DNA of 64,000 nucleotides from Lysobacterales bacterium (GTDB lineage: Bacteria; Pseudomonadota; Gammaproteobacteria; Xanthomonadales; SZUA-5), in assembly GCA_019187485.1 (NCBI GenBank), contig JABAQR010000001.1:40359-104358 (forward strand). Reading direction: 5' to 3'. This document shows, piece after piece, positions 60,759 to 64,000 of this stretch (position 1 is its first letter; every line of letters starts with the position of its first letter). The translations under genes were made by a program, and so were the position numbers. The notes under the pieces are model-generated. The model saw nothing but the letters and a program-made list of their open reading frames with translations, did no database searches and was not told the origin of the DNA.

Positions 60759-60929
60759 ATGGACGCTGGAGCAGCCGCGATCGGTAGCCGCGCTGCCTGC
60801 GGCGCGCGACTGGTTGGCTGGCTGGCGCATTACGCCATCGCCTTCGTCGCGCTGCTGCCGGTGGCCTTCGTCGCGGTGACGCTGGTCGCGCCCTGGGTCA
60901 GGAAAGTGGTGGCGCGGGTGACCGCATGA
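60759..60929 (+). CDS. Possible small membrane protein (56 aa)
   Basis: It lies at the tail of track ORF 60507..60929. The hydrophobic part (LVGWLAHYAIAFVALLPVAFVAVTLVAPW) has high third-position GC. The start is uncertain. Confidence 0.3.
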   Translation: MDAGAAAIGSRAACGARLVGWLAHYAIAFVALLPVAFVAVTLVAPWVRKVVARVTA

Positions 60930-60947
60930 TGCGGGCGGGAAGTTGAC

Positions 60948-61526
60948 CTACCAGGTCCACGTCGCACCCACCAATGCCAGCGTGCGATTGGCATCGGGCA
61001 TGTCGCCGGCGTCCAGGTGCAGCGCCTGCAACTGCAACTGCCAGCGGTCGTTCACTCGATAGCTGGCGCCTGCGCCCAGGTAGGCACCGCTGTCGTCGAT
61101 GCGGATGCGCGCGGCTTCGTAGAGGTTGATTTCGGGTGGCACCGAGGTAACCCGGAAGGTGTGCAGGTCGCCCTCGGAGCGCGCCCAACCAGCACGCACG
61201 AATGGCGTCCAGCGGGCGCCATCGAGGGCGAACTCGTAGCGCACGCCGACGCCCGCCGTACGCCGCCAGTCGACTCGGTAGGGCTCGTCGATGAACTGCA
61301 GGTCATCGCGCCCGAGCCGGTTGCTCCCAGCCAGCCAGGCTTCGGCCGACCAGCGTGGGTGCACCGGGATGCGCAGTCCGAGGATGCCTGTGGACTGTCT
61401 GCCGTCGTCGGCGAACGCGGTGCCTGCGGCGAACTCGAGGCTGGCGGCATCGGCCTCGGGCACGAAGCCCGGGACCAGCGGAAGGCTGGGCATGGCCAGA
61501 ATGCACAGGCGCATGAAACGTGACAT
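60948..61526 (-). CDS. Outer-membrane beta-barrel protein (small, 8-10 strands; family uncertain)
   Basis: A signal-like N-terminus (MSRFMRLCILAMPSLPLVPGFVPEADA), alternating beta-strand pattern and a C-terminal ..LVGATWTW. Confidence 0.6.
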   Translation of the reverse strand: MSRFMRLCILAMPSLPLVPGFVPEADAASLEFAAGTAFADDGRQSTGILGLRIPVHPRWSAEAWLAGSNRLGRDDLQFIDEPYRVDWRRTAGVGVRYEFALDGARWTPFVRAGWARSEGDLHTFRVTSVPPEINLYEAARIRIDDSGAYLGAGASYRVNDRWQLQLQALHLDAGDMPDANRTLALVGATWTW

Positions 61527-61601
61527 GTGGGACTCCTCTCGGGCGGGCGGCCGGGATGGCTGCACTGCACCAGAGGCAACAGCACTGGGTCAGAAGTTCC
61601 A

Positions 61602-62894
61602 CTACTCGCGCGCGTCCCCGCGGCGTACCAACCAGGCGAACAGCGCGATGCCGGGCAACGCGAGCAGCGTGGTCAGCAGGTAGAACTGCACATAGCCGAT
61701 GCTCTCGATCAGCGCGCCGGCGCTGGTGCCGGTGGCGAGCCGTCCGAGCACGCTGGCGCCGGCCGAGATCAGCGCGTACTGGCTGGCGGTGTAGCGCAGA
61801 TCGCACAGCGCCGAGAAGTACGCGACCACGGTGACGCCACCGATGCCGCTGGCGATGTTCTCGAAGCCGATCGCCGCCGCCATCGCCCAGTTCGAATGGC
61901 CGATGGTGGCGAGGCCCGCGAAGCTCAGGTTGGACACCGCCATCAGCAGCAGGCTGATCATCACCGAGCGGCGCATCCCGAGGCGCGCGTACAGCACGCC
62001 GCCGATGAAGATGCCGATCAGATAGGCCCAGAAGCCCATGCCGACGTCGTAGATCGCGATCTCGTCGTTGCTGTAGCCAAGATCATTGAACAGCAGCCGA
62101 AAGGTCAGGTTCGCGAGGGTGTCGCCGATCTTGTGCAGCAGGATGAAGGCCAACAGCAGCAGCGCGCCGCGGCGGGCGAAGAACTCGAGCAGCGGGTCGA
62201 CGATCGAGCGCCACAGCTCGGCCAGGCCGCCGCGGTGGCTGGGTTCACGATGGCGCGCCGGCTCGCCCATGGCGAGCGCGGTCAGCATCGCCGGCAGCGC
62301 GAATGCGGTGCAGGCGCCGTAGGCCCATTCCCAGCCGCCGCGCTGCGCGATCACCAGCGCCAGCGCACCGGCGGCGACCGAGCCGATGCGCCAGCCGTAC
62401 TGGCTCATGCCGGCGCCGACGCCGAGTTGGCGCGGTTCCAGCAGTTCGATGCGATAGGCGTCGATGACGATGTCGAAGGTGGCGCCGGCGATGCCGACCA
62501 GGAGCGCCGCACTGACCGTCGCGGCGAGGTCTGCGCGCGGATCGACCAGCGCCAGGTTCAGCACCGCGGCCATCACCAGCACACCGCTGAGCCAGAGCCA
62601 GGACACCCGCTGGCCGAAACGCTCCAGCAGCGGCAGCCGCAGGCCATCGACCATCCACGCCCACAGGAACTTGAGGTTGTAGACCAGGAAAGCGAGCGAG
62701 AAGGCGGTGACCGTCTTCTTGTCGATGCCATCCTGGGCCAGGCGCGTGGTCAGCGTGGCGCCGATCAGGGCATAGGGGAAGCCGCTGGAGATGCCGAGGA
62801 ACAGAGCCGCGAGCGGTGCGCGCTCGCAGTATGGGCGCACGCCGACCGGCAGCAGGCGGCGCCAGTCGCGGATGCAAGCGTCTTCGTCGGGCAT
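61602..62894 (-). CDS. ampG: AmpG-family muropeptide MFS permease
   Basis: LFLGISSGFPYALIGATLTTRLAQDGIDKKTVTAFSLAFLVYNLKFLWAWMVD is the typical AmpG N-terminus. About 12-14 TM helices. Confidence 0.88.
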   Translation of the reverse strand: MPDEDACIRDWRRLLPVGVRPYCERAPLAALFLGISSGFPYALIGATLTTRLAQDGIDKKTVTAFSLAFLVYNLKFLWAWMVDGLRLPLLERFGQRVSWLWLSGVLVMAAVLNLALVDPRADLAATVSAALLVGIAGATFDIVIDAYRIELLEPRQLGVGAGMSQYGWRIGSVAAGALALVIAQRGGWEWAYGACTAFALPAMLTALAMGEPARHREPSHRGGLAELWRSIVDPLLEFFARRGALLLLAFILLHKIGDTLANLTFRLLFNDLGYSNDEIAIYDVGMGFWAYLIGIFIGGVLYARLGMRRSVMISLLLMAVSNLSFAGLATIGHSNWAMAAAIGFENIASGIGGVTVVAYFSALCDLRYTASQYALISAGASVLGRLATGTSAGALIESIGYVQFYLLTTLLALPGIALFAWLVRRGDARE

Positions 62895-63020
62895 GCGCGC
62901 AGACTACGGGATGGCGCGCGCCGCGTGCGTCGGTGATGCGCGACCGTTCGCATTCCGGGGGTGGACAGCACCAGTGCATCGCCGCAGCATTGCCGCCGGT
63001 CGCAACTCCCTGCCTGGTAC

Positions 63021-63290
63021 ATGCCCGATTTCCTGGTCCGCGGGATCGAAGAGCAACTGGCGCTGCGCATCAAGGACTATGCGCGCGACCGCCAGTTGAC
63101 GCTCAACGACGGGGTGCTCGAACTGATCGCCGCCGGGCTCGATTCGCGCGCGGCGCACGTCGCCCTCAGCGGCGGCCCGCGCGCCGAGGGCGGTGATCGC
63201 GAGGTGCGCACCATCGGCGGCAGTTGGGACAGCTCCGAGGCGAGCGCCTTCGCCGACGCGCTGCGCGCGCTGGAGCGGCTGCCGCGTTGA
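63021..63290 (+). CDS. Ribbon-helix-helix (Arc/MetJ, FitA-like antitoxin-type) protein, orphan
   Basis: MPDFLVRGIEEQLALRIKDYARDRQLTLNDGVLELIAAGL has a beta-strand plus two-helix pattern. No toxin gene is adjacent. The track ORF 62961..63290 was trimmed. Confidence 0.55.
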   Translation: MPDFLVRGIEEQLALRIKDYARDRQLTLNDGVLELIAAGLDSRAAHVALSGGPRAEGGDREVRTIGGSWDSSEASAFADALRALERLPR

Positions 63291-63309
63291 GGCGCTTGGC
63301 GCGTCGCCG

Positions 63310-64000
63310 CTACGCCGTTTCAAGAGCCTGCGCGAGGGCTTCGATGCGCCGCTTGCGCAGCACCTCGCCGAGCGCGCGGCCGGCCAGTCCGCGTTCCAGC
63401 AAAGGCTCGGCGTCCACCGTGCGCGCCGCGGTCAGCGCGGCCAGCAGCCGCGCGCCTTGCGGGTAGGGGCGTTCGGACATGCCCAACCGACCGCGGTGAT
63501 CGGCCTCGCAGGCGAGCGCGAAGCGCCGCACGCGATCCGGCTTGCGCAGACCGTCCAGGCGCTCCAGCAGTTTCATGACCGAAGCCGGTCGCAACTCCGC
63601 GAAGCGGTGCATGACGAGGTGCTGCTCGCAGACCAGCGCGCCGAGCTCGCGGTGCTCTGCCGGGATCTTCAGGCGCGCCGCGAGCGCGCGCGCCGGCGGC
63701 ACGCCGCGCCGCTCGTGCAGCAGGTGGCGCGGCAGTTCTTCCTTCGGCGTCAGTGCTTTGCCGAGATCGTGCACGAAGGCCGCCCACGCCACTTGGTCGT
63801 CGTCCGGCGCCAGCCGCGGACACTGGTCGAGCACCAGTTCCAGGTGTGCGCCGGTGTCGACTTCGGGATGGAACTCGGCGCGTTGCGGCACCCCGTAGAG
63901 CGCGTCGACTTCGGGAAACAGGCGCGCCAGCGCACCGCATGCGCGCAGCGTCTGCAGGAAGGCGCTCGGGCGCGCCTCGATGAGCGCGCGCCGCAGTTCC
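63310..64000 (-). CDS. cca: Multifunctional CCA-adding enzyme, C-terminal HD-domain part; the N-terminus lies beyond the window end
   Basis: The HD region reads EFHPEVDTGAHLELV..AAFVHDLGK. The frame stays open upstream of the track start (..LFPEVDALYGVPQRAEFHPE) through to position 64000. Confidence 0.85.
   Translation of the reverse strand, partial: ELRRALIEARPSAFLQTLRACGALARLFPEVDALYGVPQRAEFHPEVDTGAHLELVLDQCPRLAPDDDQVAWAAFVHDLGKALTPKEELPRHLLHERRGVPPARALAARLKIPAEHRELGALVCEQHLVMHRFAELRPASVMKLLERLDGLRKPDRVRRFALACEADHRGRLGMSERPYPQGARLLAALTAARTVDAEPLLERGLAGRALGEVLRKRRIEALAQALETA

Overview
This is a high-GC chromosomal segment. Its gene content and REP-like palindromes fit a Xanthomonadales/Lysobacterales-type gammaproteobacterium, which is inference only. 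I call about 57 protein genes and one tRNA-Lys(UUU). I see no rRNA, CRISPR array, transposase, integrase or prophage. Many long ORFs in the six-frame track are antisense or off-frame shadows of the real genes, as expected at this GC content.

Gene content:
- Signalling: two Hanks-type Ser/Thr kinases, a histidine kinase, a sigma-54 (NtrC-type) response regulator, three GGDEF proteins, two ECF sigma/anti-sigma pairs, an RsbW-like kinase, a CysB-like regulator and a WYL regulator.
- Transport: a sigma-54-driven MacAB-like ABC efflux operon, an ABC-2 exporter, an MsbA-like exporter and ampG.
- Housekeeping: maiA, cysG, hemN, gshA, dcp, xth, trpS and cca.
- Secreted proteins: a BNR propeller protein, an S8 protease and an IPTL-CTERM-like protein.

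The most unusual signal is non-coding. It is a family of long intergenic hairpins whose arms are short tandem repeats, mostly heptamers and in one sub-family 9-mers. Different copies use different repeat units: GCTAGTY, CAAGGGG, RGTGAGT, CGCAAAGGA, and purine-only GGAAAAA/GGGAAA.
- These hairpins fill all four intercistronic junctions of the sigma-54 ABC operon. Each begins within about 20 nt of the upstream stop codon.
- One hairpin carries, in its loop, a gene of the four-helix-bundle / 23S-rRNA-intervening-sequence (Avd-like) protein family.
- Further copies lie between convergent operons (42684-42757) and between tRNA-Lys and trpS (58938-59023).
- Solo arrays bracket the cysB-like gene.

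I read this as an IVS-like, possibly mobile, RNA-level element family. I do not recognise it as a described system.

Secondary items:
- a secreted BNR propeller protein apparently translationally coupled to a TPR Ser/Thr kinase;
- an inactive-transglutaminase-7TM / RimK-like ATP-grasp pair that lacks its usual protease partner;
- a five-gene overlapping GtrB/GtrA-like operon;
- a TrpRS with a C-terminal YegP-like domain.
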